Shown piece after piece: positions 33,720 through 43,987 of a stretch of 64,000 bases of DNA. Position 1 is the stretch's first letter; each line of letters starts with the position of its first letter. This DNA is from Candidatus Poribacteria bacterium. GTDB taxonomy: Bacteria > Poribacteria > WGA-4E > WGA-3G. A model generated the notes under the pieces. That model ran no database searches and was not told the origin of the DNA. It worked only from the letters and a program-made list of their open reading frames with translations. The stretch is from contig CAXXUA010000004.1 in assembly GCA_963663765.2 (NCBI GenBank), forward strand, positions 1 through 64,000, written 5' to 3'. A program made the position numbers and the translations under genes.

Positions 33720-34454
33720 TTAGCCAAACCGCTTTCTGACCTTACCGACAAAGAACGGACCAAGGGAATCAATATATTTGGTTGTCTGTTCTGTTTTTCG
33801 CATATCCTGAATTAGTCGTGATAAGGGATATAAGTCAGGACCGACTAAACCGATAAGGAATTCATTGTCATTTGTATCTAACCCGAAACAAGCTAAACGT
33901 ATATCGCTTGCATATCCGCCAGCAGCGTAACTGCGTCCGAGCATTGCATGTTCACCTAATATTCTACCTTGTTCACGTCTTTCAAGTTGATAGAATTCAG
34001 ATTTTCGTCGTAGAGGGTACCAAATTGCCCAAGGCAAGTTTGGATTCAGGACATTATTGCGTGGTTTGTTGATAAGCCATTGCTCTAAATCCGGTTCTCT
34101 TCCACTTGAATAGGTACGACCAATCATCGTCATTTCTGGACGATACACAAGATTATAGGTTTTCTGAGCAGTTAATAAAATGTCTCGTGAATTTTCTATT
34201 AACTTCTCTGGTTCTTCAGAGAAAAATAGCACACCAATACCCGTTGGATGGTTTATATCGTCGTATAAAACTGCATTCAAACTACTTCTGTTGAGTGTGT
34301 CAATTATCGATTCTGTTTCATATACCTTTTCAAATGCGTGTAATTGGAAGTATAACCGTCTATCGGTATATTGCGGTTCACCATCTATTGGCGTTCCAGA
34401 CTCGCGTATATCTAACTTTTCTGGACGTGTTCGTTTCTCTGCTTCGGTTTGCAT
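33720..34454 (-). CDS. chlorite dismutase family protein (coproheme decarboxylase ChdC/HemQ-like)
   Basis: YPLRR...FYQL..EQGRILGEH...GRSY, GLDTNDNEF, PFFVG. Confidence 0.8.
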   Translation of the reverse strand: MQTEAEKRTRPEKLDIRESGTPIDGEPQYTDRRLYFQLHAFEKVYETESIIDTLNRSSLNAVLYDDINHPTGIGVLFFSEEPEKLIENSRDILLTAQKTYNLVYRPEMTMIGRTYSSGREPDLEQWLINKPRNNVLNPNLPWAIWYPLRRKSEFYQLERREQGRILGEHAMLGRSYAAGGYASDIRLACFGLDTNDNEFLIGLVGPDLYPLSRLIQDMRKTEQTTKYIDSLGPFFVGKVRKRFG

Positions 34455-34487
34455 GTTGCTATTCTTTCGTTTTCGGTTTGTTTATGG

Positions 34488-36056
34488 TTATGTTGTGTAT
34501 GACTCACGTATCCATTCTTCAAGTACAGGATCTGGATCATCAACAACTTCTTTTGGAAAAGTAAATGAGGTTTGACCAGTATTCTGTTTTATCAGGTTCA
34601 ATCCGTGTTGATAACTGCTCAGGATTTCATTGCAGATTTGTGTAATAGATGTTTCTTTTGCAACTGCTTTCTCACAGATTGCTTCAGTAGCTTTTTCATC
34701 AAAAGTAATATTCAGGTCATGTTTTGCATAAAATTGTGCTTCATATCTTCGAATTTGTTCATGCATGACTGTAGTGCGATTATAATCTGTATCTTCAATA
34801 ATTCTTTTTAGTTCGTTTTCAGGTTTATCAACAACTTCTTCAGTGGCAACAAACTCAACAACACCTGTAGAAGGAAGTTCATACTTATAGTTGCGTAATG
34901 CTTTTTCACACACTGTCATCAAAGCGCGAGCCCCTGTTTTTTGCTCAATGGCATTTTCAGCAATGCGGTGTAACCCAGAGTTAGAAAAAAGGACGTTAAT
35001 GCCGTAAGCTTTGAAAGCATTTTCATACTGTCTGACGATTGATCCTTCAGAATGTTTCAATATATAGTATAGGTCATCCACATCCAATTCTGTGCAGATT
35101 ACGTGTACAGGTAATCTACCAATAAACTCTGGTTCAAAGCCGAAGTCTATAAAGTCTCTTGGTGTAACATTATCTAAATATTCTGTGGTATTGTCTTTCT
35201 GAGTAGCGACTTCAGCGTTGAAGCCGATGCGACTTTGATGCATACGTTTTTTGATAATCTTTTCCATTCCAGTGAACGCGCCACTGATTATGAACAGGAT
35301 ATGTCGGGTGTTAATTACCTCTTTTTCCACTTTACCACTTTTCTGAAATTCCATGACAGCACGCATTTGTGAAGCGACATCGTTTCCCCCTCTCAGGTCA
35401 ACTTCTGTTTCTTCCATTAATTTTAGAAGACCGATCTGTACGCCACGTCCACTGACATCGCGTCCGAGGATGTTCGGTGGTGTTGCGATTTTGTCTGCTT
35501 CATCAAGATAGATTATACCGTATTGAGCTAATTCAAGATTACCTTCTGCCTGCGCAACAAGTTCACGTATTAAGTCATCTACATTCGCGCCGACATAACC
35601 TGTTTCACTAAAACGTGTAGCATCTGCTTTAACAAATGGTACACCGATTAGTTTTGCGATGTGTCTGATGAGATAAGTCTTACCGACACCTGTTGGACCG
35701 AGCATGACAATGTTTTGCTTTGAATAGTCGGTATCCGCAGCATCAGGATTTTCGTGGCATTCCCGTACGTGGTTGTAATGGTCACAGACAGCGATTGCAA
35801 GTGCTTTTTTTGCATCATCTTGTTTGATGACATATCTGTCTAAATACTTTTTTATATCTTTAGGTTTCAGGTCAAACTTAAGATCGAAGGTCTTTTGGGG
35901 TTCAGGTACTTCTTCCGCGGTCTGTTGGGGTGAACCTTGTGCTCCACCGACGTATCCTAAACGAACACTTACACCATCGCCATATTTCTTTTGTAAGAAC
36001 TCTTGAAATTCCTTTTGAAGTTCTTCCTGTGAAGGAATCTTATTTTCATTTTCCAT
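34488..36056 (-). CDS. ClpX-like AAA+ ATPase without N-terminal zinc-binding domain
   Basis: LDRYVIKQDDAKKALA, GPTGVGKT, ADATRFSETGYVG, RDVSGRGVQ, IGF loop, PEFIGRLPV, TGARAL. Confidence 0.85.
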   Translation of the reverse strand: MENENKIPSQEELQKEFQEFLQKKYGDGVSVRLGYVGGAQGSPQQTAEEVPEPQKTFDLKFDLKPKDIKKYLDRYVIKQDDAKKALAIAVCDHYNHVRECHENPDAADTDYSKQNIVMLGPTGVGKTYLIRHIAKLIGVPFVKADATRFSETGYVGANVDDLIRELVAQAEGNLELAQYGIIYLDEADKIATPPNILGRDVSGRGVQIGLLKLMEETEVDLRGGNDVASQMRAVMEFQKSGKVEKEVINTRHILFIISGAFTGMEKIIKKRMHQSRIGFNAEVATQKDNTTEYLDNVTPRDFIDFGFEPEFIGRLPVHVICTELDVDDLYYILKHSEGSIVRQYENAFKAYGINVLFSNSGLHRIAENAIEQKTGARALMTVCEKALRNYKYELPSTGVVEFVATEEVVDKPENELKRIIEDTDYNRTTVMHEQIRRYEAQFYAKHDLNITFDEKATEAICEKAVAKETSITQICNEILSSYQHGLNLIKQNTGQTSFTFPKEVVDDPDPVLEEWIRESYTT

Positions 36057-36090
36057 AATATTTTCAAAATTTAGCTTTAAATTTTCTTTG

Positions 36091-37641
36091 CTAATCTCCA
36101 ACATTTGCATAGAAAAATGGTGGCATCGTCAATGCTACTACATCATCTTCACCAGAGACTTCGCGTGCCATTGCAAGTGCATCGTCTAAGTTCTTTGCCC
36201 ACTCTACTCCTAACCTTTGTGCCACCTGCGGTTCTTTGGGACCAACCAAAATAACCTTTGATAAATACTTCAGCGGATAAGTCGCCCAATACCATACTGT
36301 AAATGGGTGAAAACCGTGATGTGCATATTTGTTCCTATAACAGTCAATCAAATATTCATCCTTTGCGTATTTTTCTTGATACTTCTGTTGCATCTCAAAT
36401 GGTTCGGTTGTATCTGCAAGCACTTCATCATAGAACATTCTGTATGCAACGTGATATTCCTCGTGAAATATCTCGTAAGTCGGATTCATGATGATGACAA
36501 CACCGTTCTCTTTGATGATCGGTTTATTGTAGAACCAGTTGAAAACATAACCCAAGATGTCGCTCACAACCAATACAGGATTGATGCGCGCATCAACAGC
36601 ATAAGGACTCATATCTGGCAGTCCAAACACTAAGGTACTATACTGACGCGGTATGTCAATTGCCAATTGATCTTTCATCATTGTAAGAGTTTTTGCATGA
36701 ACAGCATCAATATCACCTGCGTTTACTGCCATCGGTTCATAGTCCGTTTGCACACTTTTGAGAATCTTATATCGGACAGATTCAGGTAAGATCGATAAAG
36801 TTGCAGGTGTAAAGGTTTTGATAATCTTCTCAGCAATGTTACAGTCTTTGTTTGGTTTTCCAACATAACGAAGATGAAATGGATATATTGCCCCATTCAT
36901 TGCTGCTTCAAGAACGAATATCGGAGTTTCTTTTTGAATGAGTCTACTCATCCGTTCAATACAAGCATGCATGTGTGAACCATCTGGCTGCATCACATGC
37001 GGAGAATCCGATGTCATGTGTGGTGAGTGGTGCGGTGCGATAGAGTTATATGTACCGAGACCAACAGCAACAGATTTATGTCCACCATTGAGTGGAATCT
37101 GAATCATGTCCACATATATTATCAGGTCAGCATCAAGTGCGGCTTTGTCAGTCTCAACGACTTCGTCATGGTCTGTTTTTCCAACTTCAACAATCTGGTC
37201 ATTATCTTCAGCATCAAAATTGCGGAGTTGATGGGGATAGAACTCACTCATAATATCTTTACCCAACATAAAAGCGAGTTCGTGTTGTTTCATTTTCCTG
37301 TGTAGTGCTACTGCACACATTAATTCAATGTTCTTTTTCTCAACACCATATTCATATAGCAATTTGAGCAATGTTTCAATCATAATCTGCCGCATATCCG
37401 GCTTTTTGGTTAATGGAAATGGTTGGCAGTTATCATCAAATAGAATGAGTATCTTTGAATTGCCATTAACAAGTTCCCATAATGGTGGCATTTCAAGCGG
37501 GTTTTCAAAGGCGTTCTTAGTATGTTCGCTGAGTTCAGCCCGTTTTATACCCGGAAGTGGAGGTTTGGCGTAGAACACCTCTGAATTGTCCGGAAGTTTT
37601 GCATTGACCAGGTGATTTCCGAAGTAGGTAAAGTATTTCAT
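36091..37641 (-). CDS. lactate-racemase-domain (LarA/DUF2088-like) protein
   Basis: ENPLEMPPL, ILFDD, AVALHRKM, NFDAED, GGHKS. Confidence 0.75.
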   Translation of the reverse strand: MKYFTYFGNHLVNAKLPDNSEVFYAKPPLPGIKRAELSEHTKNAFENPLEMPPLWELVNGNSKILILFDDNCQPFPLTKKPDMRQIMIETLLKLLYEYGVEKKNIELMCAVALHRKMKQHELAFMLGKDIMSEFYPHQLRNFDAEDNDQIVEVGKTDHDEVVETDKAALDADLIIYVDMIQIPLNGGHKSVAVGLGTYNSIAPHHSPHMTSDSPHVMQPDGSHMHACIERMSRLIQKETPIFVLEAAMNGAIYPFHLRYVGKPNKDCNIAEKIIKTFTPATLSILPESVRYKILKSVQTDYEPMAVNAGDIDAVHAKTLTMMKDQLAIDIPRQYSTLVFGLPDMSPYAVDARINPVLVVSDILGYVFNWFYNKPIIKENGVVIIMNPTYEIFHEEYHVAYRMFYDEVLADTTEPFEMQQKYQEKYAKDEYLIDCYRNKYAHHGFHPFTVWYWATYPLKYLSKVILVGPKEPQVAQRLGVEWAKNLDDALAMAREVSGEDDVVALTMPPFFYANVGD

Positions 37642-37766
37642 AAACTGAAAAACCAATCTAATATGTATGTCTTTTAACGTTCAATTTTGTTCTTATTTTA
37701 GCATAGTTTGGAGATGAATGCAAGTATATAATATGATAAGGGGTGTGTAAATATTTTTAACCCTTT

Positions 37767-37934
37767 TGTCAGAATCACGGATTACGTAGATTAGGTGGAT
37801 TACGGGGATTTCACGGAAAAGACCTCTGCATATAATTGTATTGCTTAGAAAAGACTTATCCGCTGCCATACGTTCTCAGTCCGGTATCTTATCCGCGCAC
37901 TCCGCGCACTCCACGTAATCCGCGATTCCGTACA
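37767..37934. repeat. long imperfect inverted repeat made of ~9-bp GGATTAC sub-repeats
   Basis: Left arm TGTCAGAATCACGGATTACGT..., right arm ...ACGTAATCCGCGATTCCGTACA. Confidence 0.65.
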
Positions 37935-38319
37935 GGGTGTGTAAAGTTTTTGCACAGAGGTACAAACTTTTGTTCTCTTTAGTCCCGTAGGGACGCAATG
38001 TTTATAGATAGGTGTAATCACCCTCTCTTGAGTTCCGTAGGAACGACATAGAAGAATAAACATATCGTCCCTACGGGACTAAAGAACTGGGAAGGGTACT
38101 TGTTTTCTATAAACATATCGTCCCTACGGGACTGAAGAGTATGGTTGATATTAACAATATTTCCTTATATTGACACCTATGGGTCTCTGTGCCCGCAATC
38201 TCTCATTTAATCAGTTGCGGCGGGGTACAGAGACCCGGGGAATGCCTAAATGGCATTCATACCGTTGATTCCGCTCTACAATGGAGAATGTGCAGTTTGT
38301 GCAAAAACTTTACACACCC
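37935..38319. mobile_element. MITE family B (TIR GGGTGTGTAAAGTTTTTGCACA, 9-bp TSD)
   Basis: 22-bp perfect TIR; TSD TTCCGTACA at 37926-37934 and 38320-38328; interior holds REP clusters. Confidence 0.92.
37981..38133. repeat. cluster of four AGTCCCGTAGGGACG-type palindromic repeats (two forward, two reverse)
   Basis: Copies near 37981, 38030, 38066 and 38119. Confidence 0.8.
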
Positions 38320-38377
38320 TTCCGTACACAAAGGAATTATGAAAATCCTATATTGACACTTATAGAGACAAAAACTT

Positions 38378-39604
38378 TTATTCTATCTGTAAGTCAAAAA
38401 TAGTTTTTACGGTTGCAGTTTTTCCGGTGTTAAGGGCGGTTTGTATTGCGATCTTATAGTCGCGTAGGGAAAATGGTTTGCCAACCAATGGCAGCAATTG
38501 CTCGCCATGATCTTGCAACAGACGGAGACCGAGTTGAAAAGTATGTATCTGTTCACCGTTGTATGTTTCAAGTCTGTATGTATATGCCCCTTTCACCTGT
38601 AGTTGTTTATACCAAATAGATGTCCAGTCAATGTTATTCGGAATTCCTGGCATTCCGAGTAAGATGACTTCTCCACCTGCTCGCGTAAAACGTAGTGCAT
38701 CATCTATTGTAACACTGGAACCGACGCAGTCAAAGGTTAAATCCACCCCGCCAAGTAGCACTTGTTGACCGAGTTCCGGTTGGTAAGATTCTGCATTCGT
38801 TAACTCACAGAAAGCATCATAACGATTTATTCGAACAGGAATCACCACATCTGCTCCTAGATCGCGTGCTAACGTCTGTTGGTGGGGATGTTTTGCAAAG
38901 ATAAGGATTCTGTTTTTAAATTCAAGCATTCTTAGAGCTGCTACGGTGAGTAATCCGATGGTACCTCCGCCAATTATACATATATCCGTTTTGTCGTGGA
39001 ATTCAGCTTGCAGAACACCATGAATTGCGCATGCAAACGGTTCAAGCAGCACCGCTAATTCATCTGATAGTTCATCTGGAACGCTATGAAGTTGTGACTG
39101 ATGTGCAAGGACGTATTGACTCCAACCCCCACCTGTATCCCGACAATAACCTGTTTGAATACCTGCAGAAATGCTACCATTTGTGATGTTTTCGCAGTTA
39201 GCAAAACTTAAATTTTGACACTGATGACAAGGTGGATTTATCTCGCGGACTGTACAGGAGAGTGCGGGTTCTATAACTACTCTTTCACCGATAGACCGCC
39301 CCTTAACTGCATTTCCGATCTCTGCAATTTCACCGACAATCTCATGTCCCAGTATAAAAGGTGTTGACGTGAAAGGTGAAAAATAGGGACTGCCCTTTGC
39401 TGTAATCGTTGCTAAATCGGAGCCGCAGATGCCACTGAGATGGGTTTTGATTTTGACCCATTGGGGAGTTGGCAGTTGTGGTTCTGGTATGTTAACGAGT
39501 GAAATGCAAGAGATAGGAGACGTATATAGGCTGCGCCACCTTTTTCCAAGGTAGCGCATTGCGAGATAACGGGGGATGCTTTTTGTGTATTGGATGGCTT
39601 GCAC
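38378..39604 (-). CDS. zinc-dependent alcohol dehydrogenase (MDR family)
   Basis: SGICGSD, LGHEIVG, structural-Zn cysteines, IIGGGTIG; GTG start. Confidence 0.9.
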   Translation of the reverse strand: MQAIQYTKSIPRYLAMRYLGKRWRSLYTSPISCISLVNIPEPQLPTPQWVKIKTHLSGICGSDLATITAKGSPYFSPFTSTPFILGHEIVGEIAEIGNAVKGRSIGERVVIEPALSCTVREINPPCHQCQNLSFANCENITNGSISAGIQTGYCRDTGGGWSQYVLAHQSQLHSVPDELSDELAVLLEPFACAIHGVLQAEFHDKTDICIIGGGTIGLLTVAALRMLEFKNRILIFAKHPHQQTLARDLGADVVIPVRINRYDAFCELTNAESYQPELGQQVLLGGVDLTFDCVGSSVTIDDALRFTRAGGEVILLGMPGIPNNIDWTSIWYKQLQVKGAYTYRLETYNGEQIHTFQLGLRLLQDHGEQLLPLVGKPFSLRDYKIAIQTALNTGKTATVKTIFDLQIE

Positions 39605-39613
39605 GGTAATTGA

Positions 39614-40807
39614 CTAATTTACCTCACTCTGATAATACTCCATCAAAATCTCAGCAACTTCGGGACGTGAGATCTCTTGTGGGAGCTGCTCTCCTGCAGC
39701 AAGCATTTCGCGCATTTTCGTACCAGAGATGGAAAAGTAATCTTCTTGTCCATGTGGACAGTCACCTAACATAATGATTTTGTTACATTTATTACACCAC
39801 ATTGTCCAGTTCCCTCGGAAAATTTCAATTTCTAATGCATCCTCAGGGATTTCATCAAAGATTGTTTGTGCATCAAAAGGTCCATAGAAATCACCAGCAC
39901 CAGCATGGTCGCGTCCAACGATAAAATGCGATGCACCACTGTTCTGGCGAAAAACTGCGTGTAGTAGTGCTTCACGCGGTCCTGCGTATAACATATCAAA
40001 TCCATAACCGGTGATAGAAACGGTGTTTTCAGGGAAGTAGTTATCAACCATAATGCGAATAGCTGCATCCCGAACAGCAGCGGGAATATCTCCAGGTTTT
40101 AATTTGCCAAGTAACATGTGGATAAGCACTCCGTCAGCATTGACTTCTTTTTGAGCGATTTTACAGAGTTCTTCGTGTGCGCGGTGCATCGGGTTGCGCG
40201 TCTGGAATGCGACAACTGTTTCCCAACCACGTTTAGCAATGTCCTCACGAATTTCAACAGCAGTCCGAAATGTGTCTGGGAAGTCTTCAGGGAAATAGGA
40301 GTAGTTTAGAACCTCAATAGCACCAGAGAGAACGTAGTCTCCGACATCTGCAAATGCGGGAACTCCTGGATGTTTAGGATCCGTTGAGCCAAATGTTTTT
40401 TCAATGATGAGATGTTTCTGTTCGGGTGTTAGTTTCTCAATAGCTGAAACGTTCATCACCGCTATGGGTGGATTGCCTTCAACGTTTGGATCCCGCAATG
40501 CAATTTGGTTTGAATTCTCCACAGAATCTGTGAGTTGATCTTCAGTGACAATGTTCATGATGGGTACTGGCCAAAATAGACCGTTAGACAACTTCATATC
40601 TGCAGCGACACTGATTGACTCAGCGATATTCATGTATCCTGCCAAGGGAGTAAAATATCCCGATGCAAGCATTACGGCTGATGCAGCTGCTCCTGATGTA
40701 AGCAGGACTGATGGAAGTTGTTCTGCTTGCTTGGTCAGTTCGGTGTGTTCTGCATCATCCGTGACATAAAGCGGTGTTAAGGTTTCTGCTCCATGTGGTT
40801 TAATCAT
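39614..40807 (-). CDS. sat: sulfate adenylyltransferase (ATP sulfurylase)
   Basis: VAFQTRNPMHRAHE, YAGPREALLHA, HFIVGRDHAG, ISGTKMREML; start at MIKPHG with RBS AGGAG. Confidence 0.97.
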   Translation of the reverse strand: MIKPHGAETLTPLYVTDDAEHTELTKQAEQLPSVLLTSGAAASAVMLASGYFTPLAGYMNIAESISVAADMKLSNGLFWPVPIMNIVTEDQLTDSVENSNQIALRDPNVEGNPPIAVMNVSAIEKLTPEQKHLIIEKTFGSTDPKHPGVPAFADVGDYVLSGAIEVLNYSYFPEDFPDTFRTAVEIREDIAKRGWETVVAFQTRNPMHRAHEELCKIAQKEVNADGVLIHMLLGKLKPGDIPAAVRDAAIRIMVDNYFPENTVSITGYGFDMLYAGPREALLHAVFRQNSGASHFIVGRDHAGAGDFYGPFDAQTIFDEIPEDALEIEIFRGNWTMWCNKCNKIIMLGDCPHGQEDYFSISGTKMREMLAAGEQLPQEISRPEVAEILMEYYQSEVN

Positions 40808-40858
40808 TAAAATTCTCCTTTTTATCTCAATTGTAGTGCAATACAAACGATCTTCCTG

Positions 40859-43093
40859 TTATTCTTTTTCAGCTGCTTCTATCTGTTCTACGATACATCC
40901 ATTCCAAACCCAATGTATATGTCTTTTATTGGTTTGATAACGCTTTTTTGGTGTGTAAATCACAAGAACAAGATACCCGTTTTCCACCTCAACCGTAGCA
41001 ACTTTTTCAACTAATTCGTTGAGTGGTGGTACTATAAGTTTTTTTATGATAGGTTTTCCGTTTGCTAACATATTGACTTCGTGTGTTGCATCTTCCGGTG
41101 TTTGAAAATAGTTGGTGATCTTATATGTGCCATTTGGTAGGTCAATTCTGAAACCTGCGTCTTCTGTACCATAGATAGCATCTCTTGTGAGTGAAGTGGA
41201 ACCTTCAGGTGGTCCGATAAATGCTGCACGAGGCGAGATTCTCCAGTTTGTGGTATTCAACTGATCTCTTGGATTCCATTCCGTATCCCATCCATATTTT
41301 CCACTTATATACATTGTTTTCGGTGCGACAATATAGTATCCTTCATCTATTACTGCATTATCAGGTTGCATATCAAAACGGATAATCAAGTTCCCATCTT
41401 CTGTTCTATCCCATAAGTTTAGTTGCGTTTCTTGTGTTTTTCTTCTGAATAGTTTTAATCGTTCAGTCTCATATATAATATCATAGTTAGGTGTAAGGTC
41501 GGCAAAAGTTTCTGTTTCAGGATAGTACCAAGCAACAACATAATCTGCCCGAATATAACTCAATGCTACACTATCTTTGTTGTTACGGTTAACAGGAAAA
41601 TAGTAATAGTTTGCCTCATAGTTTGCCATGTGGACAACATCATCCGCATAAGTACCATAAAATGCGGTTGAATGAACAAATGGTGTAACATACTTTATTG
41701 CATTCTCCTTTTTCATAGTTTTTTCTTCATAATTGTAATGTTCAAATTCAAACTTAGATTTGTTCCACCCACCTGTCCGATGCGTAAATGTTGTATGTGG
41801 TTCTATAAGCTTTACCCCCGATACAAGTTCAGTGATCTCTGTAGAGATGCGACCGTGGTCTAAAGCAGTCCTACCGAAATGGAGTAAGGTGAAAACAACA
41901 AGACATGTGGTTATAGAATATCGAATGAATGCATGTAAATTTGAGATTGTCCATAATGGTACCCCTTGTTGAGAAGTATCCGTATCCAATTCAGATGACT
42001 TTTTAACATCTGGAATAATCAACCATGGTGCCAACATCAGCAGAATGTAAATATGAATTCTGTCGTTGATCCATCCTCCCGGTCCATAACTCCACGGAGC
42101 TTTGAAATACATATAGGTGAACAGAATGGCTATGAGTAAGAATACATCGGTTTGTTTTAACCACTGCTTACGGACAATTCTGTATAATAAAGAGATAACA
42201 ATGGCAACACCTAAAACAACAAGCAGGAAGAAGTTTACTGATAGATGCCAATCCGTAAAATACACGATTGATTTAACACCCCAAAAGTAATCCATAAGCC
42301 ATTCAAAACCTCTATGACCACCTGTCGGATGTCGTTTAATACTCTGTAAATAGTATTCCATCAGAATAAAATAAATAGGCACCATATAAAGAAGGAATAT
42401 ATAAAAAGGTTTTAGGTTAAGAAAGAATTTTTTGAAAATTGCTGTAGCATTTTCTTTTCTTGCCTTCCATGCTTCTGATAACGCTTCACAACCCCATATA
42501 CACCCAGCTGCAACAGATATACCCAATACGACAAGTCCATAAGATGCGATATGGGACAGATAGGTTAGCAGCAGCAAGATGTAAAGGATACACAGATGTT
42601 TTATCTGTATATTATCCTTGTGCTTCCACCAGTAACCGAAACTGAAGAAGAAAAAGGACATGCTGAGTGTAAAGTTGTAAAATCCCATATAAAGAAGATA
42701 ATTGTATGCAAATGGAAATCCTAACCAAGCATACATATACTTCTCTTTATAATCTTTGTTAACCGCATGAAGGAAATAAAAGAATGAAATCGGAATCATG
42801 CCTATAGCGATCGTCAGTAAGATTTTTTCAGACACGACAGGAGGAAAAATATAGAGGAGTGCAGCAAGTACTATGTGAGATAACCAGTTTGGAAAGATGG
42901 TGATGTTGAGTTGCCATGCATCTCGGATCTTAAAATTTTCGTGTTTGGAATAGTCTTTTAGTACTAAAGCGTTGTAGACGTGACTTGCTCCATCTTGTGA
43001 AGGAAAATATGCAAATATCCAAAGCGGGAGAATATGAAGTATTAATAACACAACAAATAGGTGTTTCCATGATAAGTTTCTCCAATTAAACAT
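40859..43093 (-). CDS. large integral membrane protein (GT-C-like N-terminus, C-terminal beta-sandwich/carbohydrate-binding-like domain)
   Basis: PSQDGASH after TM1, multiple TM helices, MGFYNF; C-terminal FDMQP...YGW...FRIDLPNGTY. Confidence 0.55.
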   Translation of the reverse strand: MFNWRNLSWKHLFVVLLILHILPLWIFAYFPSQDGASHVYNALVLKDYSKHENFKIRDAWQLNITIFPNWLSHIVLAALLYIFPPVVSEKILLTIAIGMIPISFFYFLHAVNKDYKEKYMYAWLGFPFAYNYLLYMGFYNFTLSMSFFFFSFGYWWKHKDNIQIKHLCILYILLLLTYLSHIASYGLVVLGISVAAGCIWGCEALSEAWKARKENATAIFKKFFLNLKPFYIFLLYMVPIYFILMEYYLQSIKRHPTGGHRGFEWLMDYFWGVKSIVYFTDWHLSVNFFLLVVLGVAIVISLLYRIVRKQWLKQTDVFLLIAILFTYMYFKAPWSYGPGGWINDRIHIYILLMLAPWLIIPDVKKSSELDTDTSQQGVPLWTISNLHAFIRYSITTCLVVFTLLHFGRTALDHGRISTEITELVSGVKLIEPHTTFTHRTGGWNKSKFEFEHYNYEEKTMKKENAIKYVTPFVHSTAFYGTYADDVVHMANYEANYYYFPVNRNNKDSVALSYIRADYVVAWYYPETETFADLTPNYDIIYETERLKLFRRKTQETQLNLWDRTEDGNLIIRFDMQPDNAVIDEGYYIVAPKTMYISGKYGWDTEWNPRDQLNTTNWRISPRAAFIGPPEGSTSLTRDAIYGTEDAGFRIDLPNGTYKITNYFQTPEDATHEVNMLANGKPIIKKLIVPPLNELVEKVATVEVENGYLVLVIYTPKKRYQTNKRHIHWVWNGCIVEQIEAAEKE

Positions 43094-43102
43094 ATTTGTT
43101 AC

Positions 43103-43771
43103 CTATTCTTTCATATATTCTTCATAATAGATACAGTGCTGTGTCAAAGGACACTTTTCACACAAAGGTTTTCTTGCATTACATATTTGTCTGCCGAAAT
43201 AGATTAGGTTCATGTGGAACGGATATGATTTTCCTTTAGGTATAATCAGAGGTAGTTCGTGATGTGCCTTTTCTGCACTACAGTTAGACGAAATCAATTC
43301 AAGACGTTTAGAAATGCGCAGGATATGTGTATCAACAGGAAAAATCTCTCTACCACAAGCAAAGGAGAGTGTGACAGATGCGGTTTTGATTCCGATACCT
43401 TTGTGTTGACAGAGGAATTCTAATGCTTCCTCTGTCTTCATGTCATGAATAAACTCTAAGGACAACTCTCCGTACTCTGACTTCAACCAAGAGAGAAAGT
43501 TTTTGATAGTCTCAGTTTTCTGTTTTCCCAATCCGACAATTCTGATTGTTGCTTCTACAGCATCTACATCTGCTTGAAGTACATCTTCCCAAGTTGGAAA
43601 TATCTCTCTAAGTTTTGCGTAACCCTTATCTCGGCTTACATCCGTTGTGTTCTGTGATAAAATAGTTAAAATAAGACATTCCAAGACATCTTCTGTTCCG
43701 TCCCATTGAGGAATCCCCATTAAATCTTCAAGCGTATCTGATATGAATTGTGCTTTCTGTTGTAATTCCAA
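43103..43771 (-). CDS. endonuclease III family DNA glycosylase
   Basis: TILSQNTTD, HhH GIGIKTA, PVDTH, 4Fe-4S CNARKPLCEKCPLTQHC. Confidence 0.92.
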   Translation of the reverse strand: MELQQKAQFISDTLEDLMGIPQWDGTEDVLECLILTILSQNTTDVSRDKGYAKLREIFPTWEDVLQADVDAVEATIRIVGLGKQKTETIKNFLSWLKSEYGELSLEFIHDMKTEEALEFLCQHKGIGIKTASVTLSFACGREIFPVDTHILRISKRLELISSNCSAEKAHHELPLIIPKGKSYPFHMNLIYFGRQICNARKPLCEKCPLTQHCIYYEEYMKE

Positions 43772-43987
43772 TTGACTTTTTCCAGCATCCTTAGTTTTTA
43801 ATATTATAACACATTCAGGAAAAATAACAATTCTTTTTATGTGAATAGATTGTGCTGATTGTTTTGAATCTCGGATTGCACCAAATCATAGGTAATAATA
43901 ATGGAGTATGCCACACGTGCATGCTTCTTTAGGAGTTTTGATCCTTTTTTTCATAAGGTGCATCCGTAATGTTGTTAATAATGAAAA

